Positions 17,055 through 30,349 of a stretch of DNA of 64,000 nucleotides are shown here, piece after piece. Numbering within the stretch: position 1 is the stretch's first letter; each line of letters starts with the position of its first letter. A program made the translations under genes and the position numbers. The notes under the pieces were generated by a model. The model saw only the letters and a list, made by a program, of their open reading frames with translations, ran no database searches and was not told where the DNA came from. The DNA comes from an uncultured virus (IMG/VR IMGVR_UViG_3300017938_000552). Lineage: Duplodnaviria; Heunggongvirae; Uroviricota; Caudoviricetes. The stretch lies in the IMG/VR virus record IMGVR_UViG_3300017938_000552; one strand, 5' to 3'.

Positions 17055-17789
17055 ATGTTAAACCAGATTATTAATGGTGATTGTTTTGAAATAATGTGTT
17101 CAATACCAGCTAATAGCATAGATTTAATTATATTTGATCCACCTTATAATATTGGTAGTGATTCAAAACTCACTATGATTGGCAACAATCCAATGTCTAC
17201 AAATGTTGCTTGGGGAGATGATGGGTTTGTCGATACTTTTAACAAAGAAGATTATAATGATATAATGGAAAAATCGGCTGTAGAATTTTCACGTATTCTG
17301 AAACAAGATGGTTCTGTTATTGTTTTTTATAATAGAGGATACGATGAGTGGCTTTCACCACTAAAACTGGCGTTTAAATATAGAAATCTTTTTGCATTTA
17401 TAAAAAGAAATCCTGTACCGCACATACGTAAAAATAATTACAGAAGTGGTTTCGAGTTAGCAATGTGGCTAAGTAGGGAGAAATACAAACTGAATTTCTT
17501 TAGCCAAGATGAAATGATAAATGTTTTTTATGGAAATATTGGTGAAAAAGAGACAGAACATCCAACAGAAAAATATAGGTGGATGATTCAACCACTTATA
17601 GAAAGACATAGTAAAGTTGGAGATTTAATTTTAGACCCTATGTGTGGTTCAGGAACGACTTGTGTAATTGCCAAAGAGTTGGGTAGGAATTTTATAGGAA
17701 TTGAATTAGATAAGAATTATTATGAGATGGCGTTAAAAAGGGTAAATTTAACCATTGCAGATGATACAGCCTCTTTTTTTAATGACTAA
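17055..17789 (+). CDS. DNA N4-cytosine/N6-adenine methyltransferase (beta class)
   Basis: IINGDC, IDLIIFDPPY, HPTEK, LDPMCGSGTT, FIGIELD. Confidence 0.93.
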   Translation: MLNQIINGDCFEIMCSIPANSIDLIIFDPPYNIGSDSKLTMIGNNPMSTNVAWGDDGFVDTFNKEDYNDIMEKSAVEFSRILKQDGSVIVFYNRGYDEWLSPLKLAFKYRNLFAFIKRNPVPHIRKNNYRSGFELAMWLSREKYKLNFFSQDEMINVFYGNIGEKETEHPTEKYRWMIQPLIERHSKVGDLILDPMCGSGTTCVIAKELGRNFIGIELDKNYYEMALKRVNLTIADDTASFFND

Positions 17790-18849
17790 ATATAGAAAAC
17801 CTTTTATACTACATAATACCACCTATGTCTGGATCGATATGAATAAAGAAAATGTAATCAGAGAAATACCAAAGAAAGATGTGTATGTATTACCATCTGA
17901 GATAAATATTACTTATTTTAAAAATCTCAGATCAAAACCCGAAATTGAAACACTAAAACAAAGTGTTTTGAGGTGTGGTATAGAAAGACCCATCATTGTT
18001 GTAAAAGATAAATTTGGTAATTTTTACGCATTAGATGGTGTAACAAAAACACTTATAGCAAGGGAAGTTGAAAAAGGTTTACACCTCAAACCAGATGGCA
18101 CACCATATACCTTGGAAGATATTAATTGGAGAATATTAGTTGACAAAAAGCCGTTTGAGGAATATGATGAAATATCTATTGGGAAGGCAAAATTAAGATA
18201 TAATTTAAGCACACCAAATAAACTAGATGATCCCGGTAACTTTGTTTATAGTACAATTGCACCAAAAATTGCTATTGATACATTTGGTAAACCACTCGAT
18301 GATCTATCCAGAAAGGAACGACATTTTGTAATAAATGCGGCTAAACAAGACCTGTTAGCAGATGGTACTTTTAGTGAAAATTACATAAATAAATCAGTAA
18401 AATTAGCCGTTCAAAAAGGGCTAAGAAATGTTGATGAAGAAATGGAAGAGATCATTAGTGAGGGTAAAATAAAAGACTCAAATATTCTCTCTCAACTTCA
18501 AAAAGTACCAAAGTCACCGCAAAAGAAAGAAATAGTAAATATTATAAGAAATATGGTATACCGTGATGGTAAAAAAGAAGATGTTAAACAAACACAGGAC
18601 ATACGTAACACATTGGAATTTTTGAGACAAAATTATGCAAGAAAAAAGTTTCCATTAGAAGATTATGCAAACGAGTTTAGAAAAAGACTACCTATACAAC
18701 ATACACTCAAAAATAAGTTAATTACAAACATACCCAAAGAATTGTTAGACAATATATTTAAACGTGCAAAGGAAACAAAGCGAACACGTAGCGAAGTTAT
18801 AATTGAAGCACTCGACTACTACTTTAATAAATATATACCAACCAACTAA
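17782..18849 (+). CDS. ParB/Srx-like N-terminal domain plus C-terminal ribbon-helix-helix
   Basis: LKQSVLRCGIERPIIVV...YALDGVTK; C-terminal NIPKELLDNI...TRSEVIIEALDYY. Confidence 0.7.
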   Translation: MTKYRKPFILHNTTYVWIDMNKENVIREIPKKDVYVLPSEINITYFKNLRSKPEIETLKQSVLRCGIERPIIVVKDKFGNFYALDGVTKTLIAREVEKGLHLKPDGTPYTLEDINWRILVDKKPFEEYDEISIGKAKLRYNLSTPNKLDDPGNFVYSTIAPKIAIDTFGKPLDDLSRKERHFVINAAKQDLLADGTFSENYINKSVKLAVQKGLRNVDEEMEEIISEGKIKDSNILSQLQKVPKSPQKKEIVNIIRNMVYRDGKKEDVKQTQDIRNTLEFLRQNYARKKFPLEDYANEFRKRLPIQHTLKNKLITNIPKELLDNIFKRAKETKRTRSEVIIEALDYYFNKYIPTN

Positions 18850-18873
18850 AAATTTCAAAATATTTAATATTTA

Positions 18874-19701
18874 TTATATTATATCTATCATAATTCGCTC
18901 TCTATTAGGTATGTATTTATTCAGAATTTTTAATTTAGTGATTACAATTATATAGTCACCATGATTTGTTTTTAAAGCATAAGCATTATAACCAATATCT
19001 CTAAAATGATAAATAATAATTTCCACCAGATCATATAAAGCACCTTTACCTGTTGGATATGGATGACCATATATTGAAACATTATTTTTATTACCATACA
19101 TACTTGTTGGCAATCCACAGAGACTTGAAAGAAACCAGATTGTACTATTACTATGTTTCACAACCTCTTCCATAAAGGGTGAATGTGCTTTTTCTATTCC
19201 ACAAGCATCCCAAACAGAACAATCAGCATATTTTCCCAAATTATCAAAAGATATTTCACCTATAAATCGTGACTTAGTAATATCTGGGTTTACCCAAAAC
19301 GTAAGTTTTTTTTGACTTTTCATTTCACTTACATCATTACCACAAGCAAAAACAAAAAACCCAAAACTTAGAGCCAAACCAGCCGTTGACAATAAAGTAT
19401 CAGAACGTTTGCAACATAAATCTCTAAATGTTCCGTATGATTTAAGACCAGAATCAACTAGGATATGTAATATATATTTGAGTATATTATATTTATCTAT
19501 ATTCTCTTCTCCGCTATATGGTTTTATTTTTGGCAATCCTTTCATACTTATAAACGGTACTAGGTCTGTGCTAATTGGTTTACCACCGCATTTGTCCAGT
19601 AATCTAATGTTTAGCTTTTCTTTATCTAAAGTATGTCGTGATGGCATATTTTCATATGGCTTGTATTTATACGGTTCTTCCCACGTTATCAAAGATGGCA
19701 A
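18874..19701 (-). CDS. Hypothetical protein, possibly divergent class I methyltransferase fold
   Basis: VFACGND and ADCSVWDACG resemble MTase strand motifs; weak. Confidence 0.4.
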   Translation of the reverse strand: MPSLITWEEPYKYKPYENMPSRHTLDKEKLNIRLLDKCGGKPISTDLVPFISMKGLPKIKPYSGEENIDKYNILKYILHILVDSGLKSYGTFRDLCCKRSDTLLSTAGLALSFGFFVFACGNDVSEMKSQKKLTFWVNPDITKSRFIGEISFDNLGKYADCSVWDACGIEKAHSPFMEEVVKHSNSTIWFLSSLCGLPTSMYGNKNNVSIYGHPYPTGKGALYDLVEIIIYHFRDIGYNAYALKTNHGDYIIVITKLKILNKYIPNRERIMIDII

Positions 19702-19754
19702 CTTCTATATCACCTTGAACATATATAATATGTAGTATAAAAGTTTTTCGATCA

Positions 19755-21122
19755 CTACTGATCTCCCACCTGCTGAGACAGAGATTTTTCGTAACTTTCT
19801 CTACTTAATATTGGGTATGATTTTACCACACGGTCTAACTCAGCCTTGAACCTATAGTTTATGTTATTTTCAATGAGATATGTTATGAGTGTTGGTACAT
19901 ACACTCTGTAAGATTCGAGTTGGAATCCCATATAGTTTGCGACACCAACTATCCAACGGTCAACAAAAGGATGTAGTTGTTTTATGATTTCAAGTGGGTC
20001 TGTATGTCCTATGATCCAAGGCTCAATTGAAACGAGTGTCTTTATTCCCATTTCCTTGGCTTTTTTCAACACCCTAACCTTCTCCGATGGTAAACTAGAA
20101 TTTGGTTCATATTTCTTATATGTTATATCATCCAGAGAGGTTATAGTGAAGCCAACTTCAACATTTTTATACTGAGATATGAGATCAAAATCATCTTCAA
20201 CATCAGACGATTTTGTGAGAATTAATATGTGGTGTTTAGATTTGAGCATAACTTGTAAGACTTCTCTAGCCCATTTCAACGTCTTGTTTAAAGGTTGATA
20301 TGCATCACATGTGGAACAAAAGAAGAAAACTCCGGGTGGAATACCCTCTAGAGCCTTTTCCAAAGCAACCAAATCTAGATTTCGCTTTTTAGGTTCATTC
20401 CACACTTCTACCCACTTGAAACGATCATTCATTAGTTTTGCATAACAGTATGTGCAATTGTGGAAACAGCCCTCATAGATATTGATGCCATAATCACACC
20501 ACTCAACACCACTATCAAAGTTGAATTTTTTTATAAGGTTGTCTTTCTTATCTTTCTCTCCTTTCTCCTTTGTTTTCTTCACTTTTTTATAAGCACCAGA
20601 AATTGATGTTTCACCACTATACATATCTTTTTTAACTTCGTCTGTAGCATTTTCAATAACATACAATGCTCTCTGTGCTGTGGCTGGACTCATACCAACT
20701 TTTTCTGCTAAAAGTTCTCTTGTATTTCCAATTGGTGTATCACTTGATACACCTCTTATATCTACATGTTCTTGGCGTGTCTTTCGTAACCATTCAATAT
20801 AATTTGATTCGACTTTTAATTTTTGTGCTGGCGTGAGTTGCCGTCTTAGAAGATTATCGTTCTTAGCATATTCCATTATTTCCTCAAAATCCTTGAATTC
20901 CTCCAAAATATAAGGAAATTCCTTTCCTAGCTTTGTGGCAAGTGTATGACGTTTATCACCACATACAATCGTACCCTTATACTCTTCAGGTGAATTAGCA
21001 ACAACACCTTTAACCAAAATGCCACGTTTCTGAATATCTTTTTCTAACTCATCATATATTTCTCTTTCATCTAAACCAGCAAACAAACTACGAATTGTTT
21101 GATTAACCTTTAGTTCAATCAT
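19755..21122 (-). CDS. Fusion: ParB-like + HTH + SPL-like radical SAM domain
   Basis: LEKDIQKRG...IVCGDKR, DNLLRRQLT, LAEKVGMSPATAQR; then INIYEGCFHNCTYCYA, STCDAYQP, ILTKS, VSIEP. Confidence 0.85.
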   Translation of the reverse strand: MIELKVNQTIRSLFAGLDEREIYDELEKDIQKRGILVKGVVANSPEEYKGTIVCGDKRHTLATKLGKEFPYILEEFKDFEEIMEYAKNDNLLRRQLTPAQKLKVESNYIEWLRKTRQEHVDIRGVSSDTPIGNTRELLAEKVGMSPATAQRALYVIENATDEVKKDMYSGETSISGAYKKVKKTKEKGEKDKKDNLIKKFNFDSGVEWCDYGINIYEGCFHNCTYCYAKLMNDRFKWVEVWNEPKKRNLDLVALEKALEGIPPGVFFFCSTCDAYQPLNKTLKWAREVLQVMLKSKHHILILTKSSDVEDDFDLISQYKNVEVGFTITSLDDITYKKYEPNSSLPSEKVRVLKKAKEMGIKTLVSIEPWIIGHTDPLEIIKQLHPFVDRWIVGVANYMGFQLESYRVYVPTLITYLIENNINYRFKAELDRVVKSYPILSRESYEKSLSQQVGDQ

Positions 21123-22002
21123 TGAAACATATAAGCATCATAGTTATTTATAAGCATTTCGGTTGTTTGCCTAATATTTTATTAAAAAAGCTCATCAAAA
21201 AAGATGAGTATTACACTATCTAAGCCTAGAGAAAGTCCAAGAGTAATAAGGAAGCCACCAACACCACGTTCATAGGTATTGGCAAAAACCATAGCGTTGG
21301 TATAAGTGCCAATACCCGGCATTTCATACCACATACCAAAGAGGAAGATATCTATCCCCAACATCATAAGGATTGGAATTATTTTTCGATCCATTTTGCA
21401 TCACACACTACAACGGCTGTGGTGTATATAAGAGTTTCGGTTTCATAACCACAACCTTTTTAAGCAAGGTTGATAATGCAATATACGATATAATGACAAC
21501 TAGAAAAACAGTATCTTTGATGTGGGAAACAGATTCCTATGATGACCAACCAAAAAGAAAAATTTGGCGTAGAGTTGCATATTCACATGCTATATCCTAT
21601 GAAGATGCTCTATATAAATTACTTCCAAAATTATCCCAACATTGGGGATTACCACTTGAGGATAGATATTTTCTAGTTTGGGGATTATCACCAAACTATG
21701 AAAACATTACTGATGTTTCTAAGGCTGTTGTCAATAGATTAAAGAAAAATGCCGAAAGATCAGCTAAAAGGATGATGAAAGTACTTGAAAAGAGTTAGAA
21801 TTTATAAGGGAAAGAAGTACACCTGTGACCCGTATTATTCCAAGTCCGTGAGGTTGTGGATTTGTACACTCCGTGATGCTGAGACAGACGATGAGGTTGC
21901 AAAGGAATCTGGTTACGGAATGACCATGCACGAAGCTATTGATGATGCTTTCTACAAATTAAGAAATATGCCTTTGGGTTAATTTTTTTATAAACATTTA
22001 TA

Positions 22003-22305
22003 TTAGGGCAACCACCAAGCACCCTTATTATGATAGAGTTTATCATAGCTCTTTGAAACCTCCCAATTCTCTAAGTCTGCAATAACAGAATGTAATGATT
22101 CGTGCCCTATGACATCTACTAAACGATCAAAGAAATTAACATCAAATAGTCTGTCACCATTTGCTTTTACAAAATTTACTGGCTTATCCACATCTACACC
22201 AGAAAGAGATAACCAAATTGACTTGTAACCATCCTCTTTCCTTAGACATACAAAACCAAAATCTTCTGGTTTACGTTTATAGATTGTGAAATTATCACAT
22301 ACCAT
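22003..22305 (-). CDS. Small HExxH zincin-like protein
   Basis: VIGHESLHSVI. Confidence 0.5.
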   Translation of the reverse strand: MVCDNFTIYKRKPEDFGFVCLRKEDGYKSIWLSLSGVDVDKPVNFVKANGDRLFDVNFFDRLVDVIGHESLHSVIADLENWEVSKSYDKLYHNKGAWWLP

Positions 22306-22669
22306 TTTTAGACACCACGAATTAATTTATGTTTTTTGATACTCATCAACAACCAAATAAGCCAAACTCTCTGATTCAGGACATCTCTCGCAATATCGGA
22401 GATGTTTATTCACAATTTTCCACTTATGACCAAGTATTAAACATACTATATTCATTCCCACACACTCTTCCCAGTTATATCATCTAATGTAGGATATATT
22501 ACAGTGATATAAAAACCTTCCGATATTAGTAGTTATCTTATATAAATATAATATAATTCTGGGGTTTCTACTCCATCTACGCTTCCACTTTCTACTCCTA
22601 TTGTATGATATAACCTATAAACCGAAACACTTTTATATAAGTTCGGTATTTTCATATACGGTAGAAAAC

Positions 22670-23479
<810 letters not shown>

Positions 23480-23580
23480 ACCATCTATCTTCCCTTTTTT
23501 ATTTTTATTATCATATAAATATTTCTAACCAACCACAAAGTTTATAAATGAGAACGGTTTTCATATATAACTGATAGAAG

Positions 23581-24438
23581 ATGTTTAACAAACTAAGTTT
23601 AGGAATGTTTATTATACTTATACTAGGCGTAATGTCTCTGGGTTTAGCTTCAGCTACACCATCACCTACGATCATGTTGAATCCATCTACAGGTGTGACA
23701 ACAACAATTATGGGTTCTGGATTCCAAGCCAACCAGACTATCAAAATATATTGGAACACAACACAGATGGTTACAATTCCATATAACATCACCTCTGACT
23801 CTCTGGGTGGTTTTGTATGCATGGTCACTGCTCTAGATCAAATGGGTGGGAACTTTACAATTACTGCTGTAGATACTGCCCTCACTTCTGATACAACTTC
23901 AGCAAACTTCACCGTGCCTATTCTAAAAGGTGTTACAGGTTCTAACGGTACAAATGGATCAACATGGTATAGTAGTGCTACAATACCAAATGTAAATTCA
24001 ACAGGTGTAAATGGTGATTTCTGCCTCTATACAGGAAATTCAACTGTTTATGAGAAAATATCTGGTTCATGGGTTTTCACAGCAAACATTAGAGGATTAA
24101 TAGGTAGAACTGGTGCTACAGGTGCTAGAGGTGCAACAGGAGCCACCGGAGCCAAAGGTGCTACTGGTACAACTGGACCTGTTGGACCAATAGGTGTTAC
24201 AGGAACTACAGGAACAATAGGTAAAACTGGTCCTATTGGTGAAACGGGTGCTACGGGTTTACAAGGACCAAAAGGTGACACAGGCACAACAGGTTCAATA
24301 GGAGCAAAGGGTGACACAGGTGCTACAGGGGCTACGGGTGAAAATGCAGACTTAACCTTAGTATATGCCTCTCTAGTATTGGGTGCTGGGGCTATAATCG
24401 GTGTACTCTACCTAAACCACAGAGAAAATGGATATTAA
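23581..24438 (+). CDS. Membrane-anchored collagen-like protein 2 with Ig-like N-terminal domain
   Basis: Signal peptide, beta-rich domain with many NxT/S sequons, GSTWY...GVNGDF motif, Gly-X-Y run, C-terminal TM. Confidence 0.9.
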   Translation: MFNKLSLGMFIILILGVMSLGLASATPSPTIMLNPSTGVTTTIMGSGFQANQTIKIYWNTTQMVTIPYNITSDSLGGFVCMVTALDQMGGNFTITAVDTALTSDTTSANFTVPILKGVTGSNGTNGSTWYSSATIPNVNSTGVNGDFCLYTGNSTVYEKISGSWVFTANIRGLIGRTGATGARGATGATGAKGATGTTGPVGPIGVTGTTGTIGKTGPIGETGATGLQGPKGDTGTTGSIGAKGDTGATGATGENADLTLVYASLVLGAGAIIGVLYLNHRENGY

Positions 24439-24443
24439 AAAAT

Positions 24444-24974
24444 TTACTCAATAATGATGTGATGTGTCTCTTTACCTATATTTTTAGCATAGTTCATTGC
24501 CCACATTCCCCCAGACCATTTTCTTCCTTTTGGGTCGAGGCAATAAAGAACATCACACATTTCTGCTACCTCTATGTTTCTAGACTTATATCCCTTCATT
24601 TTTTTAGTATTATAGTGACACGTTTCATCTGGGTATATTTTACTCAACATTGTTGGTTTCTCAACATCTTCAAACTGGTTAATTTCTGGATATTTTATAT
24701 CTTTAGGAATTCCTAAACTATCAGCTATAATTTCTGCCCATTCATCTATCCCACCACAGAATTTGATTTTTTCATTTTCAGAAGTTGCACCACCACAGCC
24801 ACCAGAAACTAGAGTTATATCTGTCCTATCCTTATATTCACCATCATATCCAGTAGGATCAATTTTTCTTGGTGTTTCATCAATAAGAATTTCTCTGATC
24901 TTTTTTACAGCTTTTGTTCTCTGATTCGGTGTCCACTCACCACCTTCTGATCCAACAATTGCAACATTTCTCAT
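24444..24974 (-). CDS. SLOG-superfamily (YspA/DprA-like) nucleotide-binding protein
   Basis: VAIVGS, LVSGGCGG...GGIDEWAE, YKSRNIEVAEMCD, SGGMWAMNYAK. Confidence 0.75.
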   Translation of the reverse strand: MRNVAIVGSEGGEWTPNQRTKAVKKIREILIDETPRKIDPTGYDGEYKDRTDITLVSGGCGGATSENEKIKFCGGIDEWAEIIADSLGIPKDIKYPEINQFEDVEKPTMLSKIYPDETCHYNTKKMKGYKSRNIEVAEMCDVLYCLDPKGRKWSGGMWAMNYAKNIGKETHHIIIE

Positions 24975-24979
24975 TGGAA

Positions 24980-25564
24980 CTACTCTTCTTGATTCCAAGT
25001 ATTCTGCATATCTTTACCAGTTATAACTGTGAATATTTGGGAACCTGTGTAGAACGGGTTGTTCTCACCAATATAGGTATCATACTTTTTGATAATCAGC
25101 TTATAATCATAAGTCTCAAAGTCAAATATGTGTCCTGTTTGATCTTCCATGTTAATTCTTTCACCCATCTCATAGAACGCCTTGCGTAGACCCACAGACT
25201 TACAATCTATATAGAAGATTGTTGGCTCTTTAAAATGGTGTAACATACTTTTCATGGTGTTGGCTATGAGTCCTATGCAATCTTCCATCTTGTAAAAGTC
25301 CTCACCATGCTTGAACACTCTATATGCCTTGAATTGTCTCTCACCTAGAATGAACGCCTGTACATCTACCTTTTCCTTTGAACGAACCTCAACGAGCATC
25401 GGAAGTTGATAAGCACTCCTTTTTATATCTGTAACGATTGGCTTCATTTTACTAACATAAATTCCCCAAGCACCAAGTTTGTATGCAAGATAGTTGGGTT
25501 GTGCATTTTCGGTAACTAAAATCTTGGAAACTTCCCAATTCTTTTCGATATCAGATAGGTTCAT
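24980..25564 (-). CDS. Hypothetical protein
   Basis: 194-aa ORF with own TATA box at ~25594-25609. Confidence 0.7.
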   Translation of the reverse strand: MNLSDIEKNWEVSKILVTENAQPNYLAYKLGAWGIYVSKMKPIVTDIKRSAYQLPMLVEVRSKEKVDVQAFILGERQFKAYRVFKHGEDFYKMEDCIGLIANTMKSMLHHFKEPTIFYIDCKSVGLRKAFYEMGERINMEDQTGHIFDFETYDYKLIIKKYDTYIGENNPFYTGSQIFTVITGKDMQNTWNQEE

Positions 25565-28500
25565 AACTGTCGGAAGATAGGGATATATCAGAGTATTTAA
25601 GGGTTTTGGTCTTTATCCCCAAACCAAGCCCATTTAGGTATCTTTCTACCTTCAGCCATGTCACTAGCAGATGTGATTTCACTATGACTAATAGCAAAAT
25701 CATAATGAATATCTGTCTTTTCTAATTTTCTCTTTATAACTTGTTCTGTCAATTTATCAAAACGATCACATTCGCCTGTGGCATACATACTCCTACCACA
25801 TTTTCTACAAATGTTTGTAACACTTGATTTATATCCACATTTTGGGCATCTATATACTGGATAGAATATATTCTCCTTAGTCTCTATACTTTCTTTAATA
25901 CAACATCACCCAACCTTTGTTTGTGTGCAGAAATCAATTGAGAACAGGGATGTAAAACACATTGTCTCTTATTACACCATTGCCCATAGAATTTTGATTT
26001 TAGTATGTTGCATTTCAAATTAAACCCTTCCCCTTGTGCCAAGTGCCCTATCTAACATACCCAGAAGTGATCTTGCATCGTCTTTGCCTAGTAGATTATA
26101 TAAGAACTTTTCGCTGAAAAAGGGTGCATCCTCATCACCATCACTGTAATAACCACTCTCCTTGAAGTTCACACCAGCTTGGAATTCCTCTGGTTTCCAC
26201 TTGTATAGTTCTTTAACAGCCTTCTCTGTACCAAACATTTCAGGATGAAGTCGTGCTAGAGTCCAACGCATTGCATCTAAACCTTCTTTCATATGATGCA
26301 GGGTATAGTATTCATCATCCTTATCCTTCCTCTTTACCTCTAGCTCTTTTGTAAGTGCTTTACCAATTTTTGGTGGTAACTCTACATATTCGCCCTCATA
26401 TTCTAGCATAGTGACTTTCTTATCAGTGAATTTCGGTAGGATTCTTACTCTCTCTTCAATGTCACTCATATCATTCACCCTTGAGTTTCCTGAAATATCT
26501 TTTCGGCTTCAACCAAGTCTTGGTCGAATACCATACCAGCTAGTTCATCGGCTATTACTTCACTTAGATCACTGCACTCATCCAAGGTGACATTCATCTT
26601 GGAAAGGTGCATAGTCTCAAAGGGATTTGTCATATGCTTGAAACAGACGGAAGCATATGCCAACAGCTTTCTATATCTTGTTTTGTCCATTTTTCATCAC
26701 TTTTTCTTTCTCCTAACTTCTATAAATTTTCCATTAACTAGATAATCGCTGATTTCATCCGAAACATATGTGATACACAGTGTTGCATTTGTGAAGAGAT
26801 TTTTATTAACCTCATCATTATCTGTTGTAATTATAACATCTGGGTCGTGGTTAAAAAATATTGAGTCGAGTGTGAATAGTTTACCATTTATTCTAATTAT
26901 TTTTTCATCTTCCATTTTTCATCAATCCGCATTTGACCAATCTGTATTTGCTTCTACAACGTCATATACCATACTATACAGATGTTTAAAATTGGTACGG
27001 TCATAGACTCCAAGCAGACCATCACCATAACCATTAAGCCCATAATCAGGAATTATTATTGTCCCAATCTGATACCAACCATTCCTTATGATAAACCCAT
27101 TTTGGATGTAAGTGCCTCTGGAATCTGCACCAAATATTGTTTTATATAACTTTTTCTTTAAATCTATCTCCAATCCTTGAGAGATATATTCGACACGACT
27201 AATATCATACTTGTCGTGTGGAATGATTTTGCCATCTTTACCAATCTTGTTGAGTGTGCTACGGTTGGATAAAACAACCAAATCAGAATACTTCATTTCG
27301 TTTCACCATTTACTTTCTCAACCCAAGCATATGTTAATGCTGGGAAGTGCTTTATCTCCTTTATGTTTTCGAGCAGTACTATTTTTTCTCCTGTCTGATG
27401 GTAAACAACACCATACGTCAATATTTTTTGGTCGGCTTGTTTCCATTCTGGTGGTGCTTTTGGATTGAATAATTGCCATCTTGGTGGTCTGCCATAGAGT
27501 CCTCTATATTTTGTAAGCCACCAGCCTTGTTTGAGTTTTTCTAGAACTTCTTTGTATTTCATCTTAGATCACTTTGTTGGTCCAGTTCAAGAGACATAGT
27601 TACGTTCTTCTTGATCTTGTAGATTGCTTTAACTTCAACAATAATATCATCTTCAGCCAAGCTACCATCCTTGAGCCATTCTTGAAGTTCCTTATCATCC
27701 TCTATAAAGCACCAATCCTTGTCGTAACTGTGCCCAAGATGGACATACTTACCAGAATCTTTTATGGTCATTTATGCTTACCATCATACCTATCCACGTA
27801 GGTAGTATTTAAATTTTTTGGTTCAACGATTCCTCAAACATTTTACATGATGTACTTTTCCATAATAACATTTGTGTTGCTTATGATCTGCTGTGGCACA
27901 ATACATACCACACAAATCACTGTAAGCAATATTACATGGCTTTTTTCTTATTTTTCCAAATAAAACATATGCTATTACACTCATCTTTGTTGTTCCTCTT
28001 CCTTGAGTCTTTTTTTCATACGCCTTTCTTTCATTTCTTTCTTGGTATGTGGCTTTGGTTTAGCATTTCTGCTTAACACTTGTCTCTCTTTCTTTGAAAC
28101 ACCAGACTTTCTCTCTTCTATACTCTCTGGTGTTATCTCTTTAGGTTCTCCTTTTTCACCCATTTATTTTCTCACCTCTTTACCGATACATCCCAATAAA
28201 CATCATACTTCCCAAGCAAAATAAAAATAAGCAACCTGTACCATACCACGCCAAACATATCAAAAGTTCAAACAATCTATGTTCTTTATTTTTATCTTTT
28301 AAATAATCTCTAAATGATTGATAGCAATATAACCATGTCCAACCAATGAAAACTGTCCCAAGCATCCCCCACAATAAAAAGACGATAAAATAAGAACATC
28401 CGGTTGTCAATCAACTTCACCCTCTTCTCTCTTCAATCTAGCCATTGTATCAAAATGTAGCTCTACGATTGACCTATGTGCCTTCTGGTTTGGTGGTGTC

Positions 28501-29057
28501 CAAGGGGCTGTATAATATATGTAACCATTTCTTGACAATTCGAAGAACCTACCTAATATAGTTGTGTTCGGATACTTAATTAATATTTTGTCGTTGAATT
28601 GTAATTTTTTAGCGGTTTCTAAATCCATTTTATGTCAACCACTGCCCACTTATTAGTCTAAAACTTGCATCTTCAATGTGGAATAAATTGTCATACAATA
28701 CTTCACTATCAATATCTGGATCGGTGAGATATTGCATCACGAAAAGTCGTGCTGTGTACCGATCTGGAACATTGTCAAACAATTCATTCATTTTATCATG
28801 TATTTCTCTAAGTTTGATTGATATTGTTGTATTTGGTGCTATATAGTGGTATTGTTTGTAGACCATAGAATTTGGTACTTCATCTCTTGCCCAACGTACA
28901 GAATGTATAGTTGTAATATCAACAGCCATAGCCCACAATAAAGTTGGGAAGTGTTTTAAATCTGGTATGAGTTTAGCTTCACGTTTCAATTCACGAATTT
29001 CAATCACAAGTGCTAATATTTCACTATTTCTTTTTAACATATCTTGAGACATTGTTA

Positions 29058-29918
29058 TCACTCCACGATCCTAACGAAGTGATGTTCACCACCCTTGCGA
29101 CAGTAGAGGCTCCCGGCGATAGGCTCCTGCGAGTCTGTTTGAAATTCTATCACAGCCTTGGGTTTTCCATCGACCATTATTGGTGGATATTTGAGTCCCA
29201 ATTGTTGTTGACCACCATTCTGTCCGTGCCAATTTGTGGCATCCTCAGATTTGCATAAGTCCAGAATGATATGAAACCCACCTGACGTTTCCGTGACCAT
29301 GAACTTTTTATAAGAGGAAGTATGATCCATAACATCCTTAGCGATAGTTGGGTCAAGTGTATCAACATCAACGGTACAGAAGTGTGTTCCCTTAGCCTTG
29401 TTCTTGTGCAAATCACCAAAGAAACGGGAATTCTCCATTCCAAGGGCTATATCTGAACTTTGGTCACGTGAGAGCATATGAGTGACATTATCCTTCATAA
29501 GCTGTGCAACAGCCTGATATACACTTCTTGGGCTAAGTGTAGCTAGTATGCCCATAGCCTCTTTTGGCATCCTTGGAATTGACTTCTTTTCTGTCTTTAC
29601 ATCATAGAAGCCGTAATGTTGTAGAATCGCTAAGTTGTGAATTTTTGTGAAGTACCTGTCACGCCATGTGGCTCTGATCTCTCCATAGTTGAATTCATCC
29701 TGTTCGCCAACAGTATCTGGGTTGGTCATTATAGCACGAATTATGTCCCGTTCAACTACAAGATCGCTAAGTTTGTAGCCAAGCAATTCCTTGACCTTTT
29801 TTGACCTGACACAGAGCATTGCAAGATGTACGGTTGGTGGACTTACTGTTAAGTCTGGAAGGCGTTTTATGAATTCTTTAACATCTGATTCAACGTATTC
29901 CACAGGCATAGCTATCAC
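29058..29918 (-). CDS. Putative AEP (primase-polymerase) fold protein
   Basis: TVDVDT (DxD) followed by TETSGGFHII (SxxGxH-like). Confidence 0.45.
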   Translation of the reverse strand: MIAMPVEYVESDVKEFIKRLPDLTVSPPTVHLAMLCVRSKKVKELLGYKLSDLVVERDIIRAIMTNPDTVGEQDEFNYGEIRATWRDRYFTKIHNLAILQHYGFYDVKTEKKSIPRMPKEAMGILATLSPRSVYQAVAQLMKDNVTHMLSRDQSSDIALGMENSRFFGDLHKNKAKGTHFCTVDVDTLDPTIAKDVMDHTSSYKKFMVTETSGGFHIILDLCKSEDATNWHGQNGGQQQLGLKYPPIMVDGKPKAVIEFQTDSQEPIAGSLYCRKGGEHHFVRIVE

Positions 29919-30349
29919 AGGCTCAATATGACGATGTTGTTTATAAGTGTTTCGGTTACTTTATTATTCGTATGTGCATATAACTACTGGATTCGATTTG
30001 GTCCCACGATTCTTCTATTGAAAGATAATCATCTTTACGATTGTAGTTTATATTTGCCTTTTTCAAAGCCATTTCTAGTTTATCTGCCGATAGGTCATTC
30101 ACAAATGAAAGATGATTATTATATTTAACTTTATAGCCTTTCACAAGTTTATATCTATAACTTGCCTCATAAATATCAGGTTCCTTGACTAATTTGGTTT
30201 TGTGTGATTTATCTAAAACTTCCATATAATCAACACGTTCCAGTATTTCATTATCTGCAAGTACTTCTAACGGTTCACGGTAATTTGGGTGTTTCTTCCA
30301 GAATATTGGACTATCGGATAACATACAAATTGATTCAAGATCAGCCATT

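Noticed and set aside
22565..22598. TTTCTACTCC repeated twice between divergent promoters
   Set aside because: Only two 10-bp copies; cannot be told from chance
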